From Thermoplasmata archaeon (GTDB lineage: Archaea; Thermoplasmatota; Thermoplasmata; Lutacidiplasmatales; UBA184), in NCBI GenBank assembly GCA_052326445.1, contig JBKQNC010000014.1, positions 12,470 through 76,469 on the forward strand: a stretch of DNA of 64,000 nt, in the 5' to 3' direction. Position numbers and translations under genes: made by a program. The notes beneath the pieces were generated by a model, which saw only the letters and a program-made list of their open reading frames with translations, did not search any database and was not told the DNA's origin. Each line of letters starts with the position of its first letter. Positions within the stretch are counted from its first letter, which is position 1. Positions 19,272-26,485 of this stretch are shown here, in pieces.

Positions 19272-20747
19272 TTAGACGTCGAGGTACCGGTAGAACTCGT
19301 AGGGGTGGGGGCGCAGGTTCAGCTCGAGCTGCTCCTCCCGCTTGAGTTCGATGTAGGTGTCGAGGAGCGAGTCCACGAACGCGGGCTTCAGAAACGCCCG
19401 GTCGGACTCGAGGCAGTCGAGCGCCTCCCCGAGGGAACCGGGGAGCTCACGAATCTCGAGCGACTTCCGCTTCGCGGGGGAGAGCTTGTAGATGTTCTCG
19501 TCGACCGGCGCGGGGGGTTCGATCTTCCGCTTGATGCCGTCCAGGCCGGCGAGGGCGAGCGCCGCTTCGGTGAGGTAGATGTTCGCCGCCGAGTCGGGGG
19601 TACGATACTCGATCCGCTTCGCCCCCGGGCGGCCCTTGTGGTACATCGGGATCCGGATGCTGGCCGAGCGGTTCGCCTTGCTCCAGGCGATGAACACGGG
19701 GGCCTCGTAACCGGGGACCAGGCGTCGATACGAGTTCGTGATCGGGTTGGTGATTGCGCACAGGGCCCGCGAGTGCTGCATCAGGCCGCCGATGTAGTAC
19801 CGGCAGGTCTGACTGACCTCGGCATACGGGTCCGCCGCGTCGAAGAAGGCGTTCTTCCCCTTCGACCAGATCGACTGGTTCGTGTGCATGCCGATCGCGT
19901 TGTCGCCGTAGATCGGCTTCGGCATGAGGCACCCGACCTTGCCATGGCGGTGAGCCACGTTCTTGATCACGTACCGGAGGTCCTGGATGTGGTCGGCCGT
20001 CGGGACGAGCTCGTCGAAGTGGATGTTCAGCTCCGCCTGCGCGCTCGTCGCCACCTCGTGGTGGTGGGCGTCCATCGTGACGTGGAAATCATCGGTGAGG
20101 ATGTTCGACATCTCCGCGCGGAGCCCGAGCGTCGAGTCGCTGGGGGGACTCCGGTGGTATCCTTCCTTGAACCGGATGGTGGACGTGACCGGCCCACTGC
20201 TCCAGGGAGCCTCGGTCTGGTTCAGGAGGTAGCCGGCGCCCGCCCACGGGTCGCGGACCCCCTGGGGGGAGGGGATCAGCTCGACCGAGTCGAAGATGAA
20301 GAACTCGACCTCGGGACCCCAGTACGAGGTATCAAAGCCCGCATTCGCGAGGACGCTCTCCGTCTTCCGCGCGACCGCCCGAGGGTCGTGGTCGTACGGT
20401 TCGGAGGTGGCGCCGAGCCGCACGTCGCAGATGAATCGGACCGTGCCGCCCGCCTCGGGGTTCCAGGGGATGGTGGCGAGGGTTCTGGCGTCCGGGACCA
20501 GCAGCATGTCGGACTCAAAGATCTCGCGGAAGCCACGCACCGACGAGCCGTCGAGCTTGGGGACGCCGGAGATGAAGGATTCCTCGTCCAAAGTGGGGAG
20601 CGGAACGTCAACCTGGTTGAACCCGCCGAAGACGTCGGTGTAGAACAGTTGCACCCAGCGGACCTTCTCCGCCTTCAGACGCTCGAGGATCGCCGCGCCG
20701 TCGTTGCCACCCTTCGCCTTCTTGGTCGGAGCCATGGATTCCCGCAC
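19272..20747 (-). CDS. glnA: Glutamine synthetase family protein (type I GS / gamma-glutamyl-amine ligase)
   Basis: 491 aa; N-terminal beta-grasp 'VRWVQLFYTDVFGGFNQVDVP'; catalytic domain 'NPITNSYRRLVPGYEAPVFIAWSKANRSASIRIP', 'MHTNQSIW'. Confidence 0.85.
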   Translation of the reverse strand: MRESMAPTKKAKGGNDGAAILERLKAEKVRWVQLFYTDVFGGFNQVDVPLPTLDEESFISGVPKLDGSSVRGFREIFESDMLLVPDARTLATIPWNPEAGGTVRFICDVRLGATSEPYDHDPRAVARKTESVLANAGFDTSYWGPEVEFFIFDSVELIPSPQGVRDPWAGAGYLLNQTEAPWSSGPVTSTIRFKEGYHRSPPSDSTLGLRAEMSNILTDDFHVTMDAHHHEVATSAQAELNIHFDELVPTADHIQDLRYVIKNVAHRHGKVGCLMPKPIYGDNAIGMHTNQSIWSKGKNAFFDAADPYAEVSQTCRYYIGGLMQHSRALCAITNPITNSYRRLVPGYEAPVFIAWSKANRSASIRIPMYHKGRPGAKRIEYRTPDSAANIYLTEAALALAGLDGIKRKIEPPAPVDENIYKLSPAKRKSLEIRELPGSLGEALDCLESDRAFLKPAFVDSLLDTYIELKREEQLELNLRPHPYEFYRYLDV

Positions 20748-20849
20748 GAACGAGCGGCTCCAGCTACATCAAGCTTGAGTCAAGAATTTCATGCAAACGT
20801 CCAATATCTACTCGATAGTCGTTATCTTCGTCCGTTGTCTACTTCAGCT

Positions 20850-21344
20850 ATGAGTCGTACGTCCAGCCTAGACGACCTCGATCGGGCGCTGCTGGTGGAG
20901 TTGAACGTCGACGCGCGCCGGAGCCACCGGGAGCTGGCGCACCGCCTCAAAGTTTCTCCCACCACCGTCAGCGCGCGCGTTGCTCGGCTCGAGGCCCAGG
21001 GCGTCATCCGAGGATACATCCCCTTGCTCGACGAGGAACAGCTGGGCTGGGACTTGTGGGCCGTGATCGGGATTTGGATCTCGAAGGGGCGCCTCCGCGA
21101 GGTCGAAGAGCGTCTCGCGCGGGACCCCCATGCCTCCGCCATCTACGATGTCACCGGGGATACCGACGCCCTCGTGATCGGCCGGTTCCGCGACCGTCGC
21201 GACCTGGACCGGTTCGTGAAACACGTCCTCCAGGACCCTTATGTCGAGCGCTCCAACACACAAGTCGTCCTGAACCGAGTGAAGGAGGACCGACGGGTCC
21301 CCGTCTTGCTGCGGGCAAAAGATCGGGAACCGGAAGGCAAGTGA
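20850..21344 (+). CDS. lrp: Lrp/AsnC family transcriptional regulator
   Basis: 'LDDLDRALLVELNVDARRSHRELAHRLKVSPTTVSARVARLEAQGVIRGY' HTH plus RAM domain. It is the in-frame 3' end of the spurious 1271-aa ORF 17529..21344, with ATG at 20850. An AT-rich divergent promoter region (20760-20849) is shared with glnA. Confidence 0.85.
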   Translation: MSRTSSLDDLDRALLVELNVDARRSHRELAHRLKVSPTTVSARVARLEAQGVIRGYIPLLDEEQLGWDLWAVIGIWISKGRLREVEERLARDPHASAIYDVTGDTDALVIGRFRDRRDLDRFVKHVLQDPYVERSNTQVVLNRVKEDRRVPVLLRAKDREPEGK

Positions 21345-21775
21345 CCGCCAAGCGATTCTCCCAGACAATTCGGGCCCCGCTGGGCTCGGTGTACCGCTGG
21401 TGCACCGATTTCTCCGTCGACGAGGTCACAGGTGACCAGGGCGTGTGGTACCGCCGGATCCTAGAGAAGACCCGCGCCCGCGCGGTGTTCGTCGATGTCA
21501 TCGATGCCGCCAGCGGGCATCCGAAGCTCGCCGTCAATGTGGTCCAGCTCGCCCCGCCGGACGCGTGGCACCTCGACCTGTTCGGGGACCCCCGTAACGA
21601 GTCGGTCGACTACCGGCTCCGCCGGAGGGGACCGGATGAGACGCGACTCGACATGGTCTTTCGCGTCGGCTTAGGTCCCACGGAAGGTGCGGGATTCACC
21701 GCGCTATGGGAGGGGTATGCCCGTGAGATCGAGCACGAGTACCGGTCGCGGCGGGCGGCCCCGAGACAACGCTAA
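21341..21775 (+). CDS. SRPBCC (polyketide cyclase/CoxG-like) family protein
   Basis: 'RFSQTIRAPLGSVYRWCTDFSVDE' matches the N-terminal SRPBCC motif. GTG start overlaps the lrp stop (GTGA). It has a paralog at 35366..35833 sharing the 'WCTDF' motif. Confidence 0.55.
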   Translation: MTAKRFSQTIRAPLGSVYRWCTDFSVDEVTGDQGVWYRRILEKTRARAVFVDVIDAASGHPKLAVNVVQLAPPDAWHLDLFGDPRNESVDYRLRRRGPDETRLDMVFRVGLGPTEGAGFTALWEGYAREIEHEYRSRRAAPRQR

Positions 21776-21811
21776 GAAGGGAGGGATTCCTTTCCCACCT
21801 CGAGGGATCAG

Positions 21812-22633
21812 ATGGACTGGGGACTCTCGAACCGGATTCACCGGATGTTCCTCCCGTCGAGCGGGAACACGGTCATGCTCGCGGTCGACCACGGTTACTT
21901 CATGGGCCCGACCCGGCGTCTCGAGGACGCCGGGGCGACGATCGCGCCCCTCCTTCCCCACGCCGACGCGCTCGCGCTCACGCGCGGGATCCTGCGCCGG
22001 ACCGTGCCCCCGACCACGCGGACCCCAATCGTGCTCCGAGTTTCGGGCGGCGTGACTGTCCTCCAGGAGGACCTCTCCGACGAGGCCGTAACGACCTCGA
22101 TGGCCGAGGCAGTCCGCCTGAACGTATGTGCGGTCGCCTTGAGTGTCTTCGTAGGATCGCCCCACGAGCACGAATCGCTCGTCCACCTGGGCGAGCTCGT
22201 CAACCATGGGGAGGAGGCCGGTATGCCGGTGATGGCAATCACTGCCGTCGGCAAGGAGCTCGAGAAGCGAGATGCCCGGTACCTCGCGCTCGCCTGCCGG
22301 GTCTCGGCCGAGCTCGGCGCCCACCTCGTCAAGACGTACTACTGTGACGGGTTCGCGAAGGTCGTCGAGGGATGTCCGGTCCCCATCGTGGTCGCCGGCG
22401 GCCCCAAGCTGGACAGCGACCGGGCCGCTCTCGAGCTCGCGCGCAGGGCGATCGACGAGGGGGCCCACGGGATCGACATGGGCCGGAACATCTGGCAATC
22501 CGACCACCCCGTGGCGATGCTGAAGGCGCTCCGGGCCATCGTCCACGAGAAGGCGACGGTTTCCGAGGCACTCGACGTACTGAACGACGAGAAGGGGCGT
22601 GCCGCCGGGGCCCCGAAGTCCGCGGCCGCGTGA
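21812..22633 (+). CDS. DhnA-type class I aldolase (archaeal fructose-bisphosphate aldolase / ADH synthase family)
   Basis: 273 aa; 'MLAVDHGYFMGP', 'HLVKTYYCDGF', 'IVVAGGPK' are characteristic of the DhnA/FbaB family. Confidence 0.75.
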   Translation: MDWGLSNRIHRMFLPSSGNTVMLAVDHGYFMGPTRRLEDAGATIAPLLPHADALALTRGILRRTVPPTTRTPIVLRVSGGVTVLQEDLSDEAVTTSMAEAVRLNVCAVALSVFVGSPHEHESLVHLGELVNHGEEAGMPVMAITAVGKELEKRDARYLALACRVSAELGAHLVKTYYCDGFAKVVEGCPVPIVVAGGPKLDSDRAALELARRAIDEGAHGIDMGRNIWQSDHPVAMLKALRAIVHEKATVSEALDVLNDEKGRAAGAPKSAAA

Positions 22634-22680
22634 GCTCGCCTAACCTCACCGCCCGGGTGCGGGTCGGCCTCCCCGCGCCG
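22632..22680 (+). repeat. Direct repeat copy 1 of the tRNA-Leu promoter/5' region ('gagctcgc..taacc..cccgggtgcgggtcggcc')
   Basis: An 18-nt exact match 'cccgggtgcgggtcggcc' plus flanking similarity with 24810..24860. Confidence 0.6.
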
Positions 22681-22760
22681 AGATGGACCAGCCTAGCCCG
22701 CGGCGCCGGATTCAGGTTCGCGTAGCGGTGCCGATCCCCCTCAGCACGGACCGGATCCGT
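22670..22760 (+). pseudogene. Degenerate tRNA-Leu-like sequence (pseudo-tRNA / partial duplicate)
   Basis: 'ccagcctagcccgcggcgccggattcaggttcgcgtagcgg' aligns with the tRNA-Leu D-arm and anticodon arm 'ccaagcttggccaaaggcgccagattcagggtctggtcccgtagggg'. No intact cloverleaf can be drawn. Confidence 0.35.
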
Positions 22761-22857
22761 TTCCTAGGTTCGGGTGGAACTGGGGTGGGATTCGGGTCCG
22801 ACTCAGTAGAGACTGCGGCCTATCCATATGGTCACCCCCTGCGGTCGGTGCGCCACC

Positions 22858-24000
22858 ATGAAGCGACCCCTAGCTCTGTGGCTGATCCCCGCGGCCGCCG
22901 CACTGCTGCTGCTGGTCTCGGCCTCTGCGTCCGCCCAAGCTCCGATCGCGCCGACCCTCGCCTCGGCCCCCGGGGCCGGAGGCGCAGTGTTCACGATGTC
23001 GAACGCCGTCGCCGGCAACACGGTCCTGGCCTACGAGATCGGACCCGAAAGCGCCCTCATCCCGGCGGGCCACTTCGGCACCCGGGGGACCGGCACAGGC
23101 TCCAGCTTGGCCGACCAAGGCGCGCTCGCCCTGACCTCGGACCACCGGTATCTCCTGGTCGTCAACGCGGGCGACAACTCCGTCACGGTGTTCGCTGTCC
23201 ACGCTCCCTCGCCCGTCCAGCCGATCCTCTCGTTCGTGGACCGAGTGGCCTCGCGCGGCGTCGAGCCCATCAGCCTGACCGTGCATGACCAGTTCGTCTA
23301 CGTGCTCAATGCGGGGAGCCCGACCGTGCCCGGCAACATCGCCGGGTTCCTGCTCGCCGACCACGGGCTTCTCCTTCCGCTCCCCGGCGCACGGCAGCCG
23401 CTGAGCACGAGCACCCCGGTCGGCCCCGCCGAGGTTTCGTTTAACCCGGCCGGGACCGTCCTGGTCGTCACCGAGGAGACCACGAGCCTGATCGACACCT
23501 ACCCGGTCAACTTCCGCGGGATCGCCCAAGCCCCGGTCGTCACCGCCTCCAACGGCAGCACCCCATACGGGTTCGCGTTCAGCCACGGGGGTTCGCTCAT
23601 CGTCAGTGACGCGGCCATCGGGGCCCTCTCATCGTACTCCGTCGTGCGGGACGGTACCCTCACGGTCGTGAGCGGGTCCATCCCTGATGGCCAGGCCGCG
23701 CCCTGCTGGGTCGTGGTCAGCGGCTCCTACGCGTTCACCTCCAACGCGCACGGCGCCACGATCACGTCCTACCAGATCGGGGCGGGTGGGTCGCTCTCCG
23801 TCGCCGTGGACGTCGCCGCCACCACGGGCGCCGCCGACACCGACCTCGCCCTCGGGGGCTCGCACGGACAGTACCTCGAGGTCTACGACGCGGGAGCCGC
23901 CGAGCTCCAGGAGTTCCGGATCGGCGCCGGCGGGACTCTGACACCGCTCTACGCGGTCTTCTCGCTACCCCCGGCCGCGGAGGGCCTGGCGGCGTTCTGA
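22858..24000 (+). CDS. Secreted beta-propeller protein (6-phosphogluconolactonase / lactonase-like 7-bladed propeller family) with signal peptide
   Basis: Signal peptide 'MKRPLALWLIPAAAALLLLVSASASAQA' (internal ATG at 22858 within ORF 22828..24000); repeated 'VNAGDNSVTVF', 'VLNAGSPTV' blade motifs. Confidence 0.6.
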   Translation: MKRPLALWLIPAAAALLLLVSASASAQAPIAPTLASAPGAGGAVFTMSNAVAGNTVLAYEIGPESALIPAGHFGTRGTGTGSSLADQGALALTSDHRYLLVVNAGDNSVTVFAVHAPSPVQPILSFVDRVASRGVEPISLTVHDQFVYVLNAGSPTVPGNIAGFLLADHGLLLPLPGARQPLSTSTPVGPAEVSFNPAGTVLVVTEETTSLIDTYPVNFRGIAQAPVVTASNGSTPYGFAFSHGGSLIVSDAAIGALSSYSVVRDGTLTVVSGSIPDGQAAPCWVVVSGSYAFTSNAHGATITSYQIGAGGSLSVAVDVAATTGAADTDLALGGSHGQYLEVYDAGAAELQEFRIGAGGTLTPLYAVFSLPPAAEGLAAF

Positions 24001-24067
24001 GTCCCGAAACCCCACCCGAGGAGGGGGTTTCCCTGATAAGGGGCGACCGGCTCGGACGAGGCGCACC

Positions 24068-24424
24068 ATGAGCCCCGGCTTTCGCTCCCTGATGTGGTAC
24101 CTCCTCTTCGGCACCCGCGGCGGGCCGAACCGGCGTCGCCTCCTCGAGGAGCTGGGCCGGTCGCCGGCCAATGCCCACCAGCTCTCGGCCACCCTGGGCC
24201 TCGATTACCGGACCGTGCGCCACCACCTCCGGATCCTGGAGCGGAGCGGGGCCGTGATGCGGCCGGTGGGGGACGCGTACGCCACGCCGTACGAGATCTC
24301 GGCGTCCACCTCCGCGTACCTCGAGACCCTGACGACCTCCCCACCGCCGACGAGGGACGGTCGACCCGACGGCCGTCGCGGGGCCCGGCCTTCGGTGCCG
24401 CCGTCCCCTGGGGGTTTCCGATGA
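24068..24424 (+). CDS. Winged-helix transcriptional regulator (ArsR/PadR-like)
   Basis: 'LMWYLLFGTRGGPNRRRLLEELGRSPANAHQLSATLGLDYRTVRHHLRILERSGAVM'. Confidence 0.5.
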   Translation: MSPGFRSLMWYLLFGTRGGPNRRRLLEELGRSPANAHQLSATLGLDYRTVRHHLRILERSGAVMRPVGDAYATPYEISASTSAYLETLTTSPPPTRDGRPDGRRGARPSVPPSPGGFR

Positions 24425-24708
24425 GCGACCTCCTGATGGAGGCGAGCGTGGTCCTGGGACTCGTCAGCATCATCCTGGCCGGCGTGCTCTTCGTTCTCTA
24501 CCGGCGCCTCTACGCCCACACCCAGACCGGGTTCGGGCTGGCCCTGCTGATCTTCGCGGCGGCGTTCGTCGTCCAGAGTGGCCTCACCGTCTACTCCTAC
24601 CTGGCGGCGATGCCCCTCATCCCGGACACGTTCGCCCCGTTTCTCTTCGGGATCGGCCTCTGCGAAGCGACGGGCCTCGGCGCCGTGGTCTGGACCGCTG
24701 CGCACTGA
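24421..24708 (+). CDS. Small membrane protein (3 predicted TM helices), translationally coupled (ATGA) to the upstream wH regulator
   Basis: 'MSDLLMEASVVLGLVSIILAGVLFVLYRRLYAHTQTGFGLALLIFAAAFVVQSGLTVYSYLAAMPLI...'. Confidence 0.5.
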   Translation: MSDLLMEASVVLGLVSIILAGVLFVLYRRLYAHTQTGFGLALLIFAAAFVVQSGLTVYSYLAAMPLIPDTFAPFLFGIGLCEATGLGAVVWTAAH

Positions 24709-24809
24709 GCGAGTCCGCGGAATTCTCCGGACCGGGGCTTCTATTCCCTCACGTGGCCGGGGTACCCTCCCCGCGGCGTAGGTCGGGAGAACCGAGTTCG
24801 GGGTCGCCG

Positions 24810-24860
24810 GAGCTCGCACAAGCATCTTAACCCGGGTGCGGGTCGGCCCCCTCGCGCGGG
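24810..24860 (+). repeat. Direct repeat copy 2 (tRNA-Leu promoter region including the TATA-like 'atcttaac' and the tRNA 5' end)
   Basis: See copy 1; 'gagctcgc...cttaacccgggtgcgggtcggcc'. Confidence 0.6.
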
Positions 24861-24940
24861 GATTGCCAAGCTTGGCCAAAGGCGCCAGATTCAGGGTCTG
24901 GTCCCGTAGGGGTTCGGGGGTTCAAATCCCTCTCCCCGCA
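24856..24940 (+). tRNA. tRNA-Leu (anticodon CAG), class II with long variable arm; CCA not encoded
   Basis: Acceptor GCGGGGA/TCCCCGC (7 bp), anticodon stem CCAGA/TCTGG with loop TTCAGGG (anticodon CAG, G37), variable arm 'tcccgtaggggttc', T-arm GGGGG-TTCAAAT-CCCTC, discriminator A. Confidence 0.9.
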
Positions 24941-25270
24941 TCGACCTCGTCGACGGACCCTTCGGCAGAGGGAGTGATGATCCATCAGGGATGGTTCGAA
25001 TCCCCACTCCGACAAATCCACCGATTTTCGCCGAGAAGTGACTGGCTCTATAGCGCTTCCGCATAGGATTTGGACCCCCCGGGGGTTCAAAAACTCCCAG
25101 CAGCTTTCTGACGTGCAGCTTCGACCCCCAGTCCCCGATCGAATTCTCCCTCGCCTCCGGGAAGCGGTTGTTGGTGTCGAACCGGGGCGGAGTACTCCGC
25201 TGGGCTACAACCGTTTTCGAATTACGCGGACGGCCTTTCTACTGACTCCTCGACTCCGCTCGACCAGAAT
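24941..25270. other. tRNA-like fragments (T-loop/acceptor-like 'GGTTCGAATCCCC', 'GGGGGTTCAAAAACTCCC') with no complete cloverleaf; possible att-site scars or a split/intron-containing tRNA
   Basis: Read directly: 24985-25010 and 25079-25105 carry T-arm-like motifs. I could not fold either into a canonical tRNA on either strand. Confidence 0.3.
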
Positions 25271-25504
25271 CACCCAGAGGACCGACCCATGGACCGTGTA
25301 AAAGACTCGTACTTCTTTCGTCACGTGAAAGTGCCACACCCCGTGAATCTCACTGGTTGCTTTTACCTGGAGACCGGGATGAGACCGGAAGGGAGCGGCG
25401 CGGAGGAACTCGAGTTGGTCGTCGATTCGTCTCCGAAGCCGGAGAGGGAGTCTTCGAAGTTCCGATTCGGTCCGAGGGTCGTACTCGATCGTGTACAGGC
25501 TCAA
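25205..25504 (-). CDS. relE: Type II toxin, RelE/ParE family
   Basis: 99 aa; 'YTIEYDPRTESELRRLPLRLRRRIDDQLEFL...VKATSEIHGVWHFHVTKEVRVFYTVHGSVLWVILVERSRG' is a canonical RelE/ParE fold sequence. Confidence 0.8.
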   Translation of the reverse strand: MSLYTIEYDPRTESELRRLPLRLRRRIDDQLEFLRAAPFRSHPGLQVKATSEIHGVWHFHVTKEVRVFYTVHGSVLWVILVERSRGVSRKAVRVIRKRL

Positions 25505-25776
25505 AGGCCGAGCCTCCGACGCATCTCCTCTGCCGGGACTCCCTTCACCCGTCCCGCATGAAGGTCGGAGACTCGGCGTTTCAGCTCCGCAATCACCCGG
25601 GGCGGATAGTACTCTTCTGCAAGCTCTTGGAGAAGCTCATCGTAGGTTTCTCCCGGCCGCTTCATGCTTTCCAAGAGTTGCCGCGTGCTGGAGCGGATCG
25701 TGATGGTTGTGGGAGGGTCGGCCAGTGCCATCGGCCGCAATAGTTTGGCAATTGGGGATAACTCTTTTGGGCCCAA
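25501..25776 (-). CDS. Putative antitoxin (VapB/DUF217-like 'ETYDELLQEL' family), 4-nt overlap with relE
   Basis: 'ITIRSSTRQLLESMKRPGETYDELLQELAEEYYP' resembles archaeal putative-antitoxin family proteins. Position and overlap upstream of RelE support a TA operon. The start may be M16 (25731). Confidence 0.55.
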   Translation of the reverse strand: MGPKELSPIAKLLRPMALADPPTTITIRSSTRQLLESMKRPGETYDELLQELAEEYYPPRVIAELKRRVSDLHAGRVKGVPAEEMRRRLGL

Positions 25777-26460
25777 TGAACGGTGCCCATCACTCGGTCA
25801 GGTCCGTCCCCGGGGACTGGCCCGGAGGTCTCTGACGTCCGCGCGCATCGACCAAAGCTTGCCCGGAGAGCGGGGGCCGAACACTTGTTGAGGAGCGGGG
25901 CGTTGACCGTAGATCATGCGAAACTCGCTTACCGGGATTCACCTCACCGTGCGTCGTGCTTCTGTCTCCGCCCGATATCGACTCTGGGCGGAGGCCGACG
26001 GCGACTTCGGGGTGGTCCTTGCTCGGTCGAATACACTAGCTGGACTCCGACGAAACGCTGTCCGGGAGATTCGAAAGCAATGGGGGAGGGGGTATCTTGA
26101 GGGGAGGCAAGGGAGTGACGGAACTCGAGCCCCCCCCGAGATTCTCTGGCATCGATCTACCCGACAGTACGTACGCTGGGCGAGCAAGGGATTGTCGGAG
26201 GTCCGAAGGCGCTGGCGTGAGTCGGAGCGGAAGATTCGACGAGTTGAACGGAGACTTCGCCGGGCCGGTGCCTATGCCCGGGAGGCTCGACTCATCGCCC
26301 ATGGCCAAGTCTACCTCGAAGTGGACCTCGACCAGTCGAGGCGTACGGGCCGCCTTGAGGTCGCCCCTTGGAGCCCCTGACGGTACCATCCAGACCGTTT
26401 TCGACCAGTGGGGTCGTGGCCATTCCTACCGCGCGGGAAGGGATTCGAGGGACGGGCGAT

Positions 26461-26485
26461 GCGGGGTCAAGTCCCTCTCCCTGCA
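26461..26485 (+). repeat. Degenerate partial copy of the tRNA-Leu 3' end (T-arm plus acceptor: 'gcggggtcaagtccctctccctgca')
   Basis: 20/24 identity to tRNA-Leu 24916..24940 'gggggttcaaatccctctccccgca'. The stop codon of the alpha/beta-hydrolase gene lies within it. Confidence 0.5.

Larger units (their letters stand above)
24941..26485. mobile_element. Candidate remnant of an integrated element inserted at the 3' end of tRNA-Leu (bounded by the tRNA 3' end and its degenerate copy)
   Basis: The flanking tRNA 3'-end repeat, the RelE/antitoxin module, tRNA-like debris and an Arg-rich ORF (25916..26380) with no recognisable function. No intact integrase was found. Confidence 0.3.

Noticed and set aside
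17529-21344. 1271-aa plus-strand ORF
   Set aside because: It is antisense to the amidohydrolase and glnA genes, and its translation is extremely Arg/Gly/Pro-rich and repetitive. Only its last ~164 codons (20850..21344) form a credible protein (Lrp/AsnC). The rest is an open-frame artefact of high-GC DNA.
25916-26380. 154-aa Arg-rich ORF between the antitoxin gene and the tRNA 3' copy, considered as an integrase remnant
   Set aside because: No recognisable tyrosine- or serine-recombinase motifs (no R..HxxR..Y pattern visible); the composition resembles GC-artefact ORFs. Kept only as a context note, not called as a gene.
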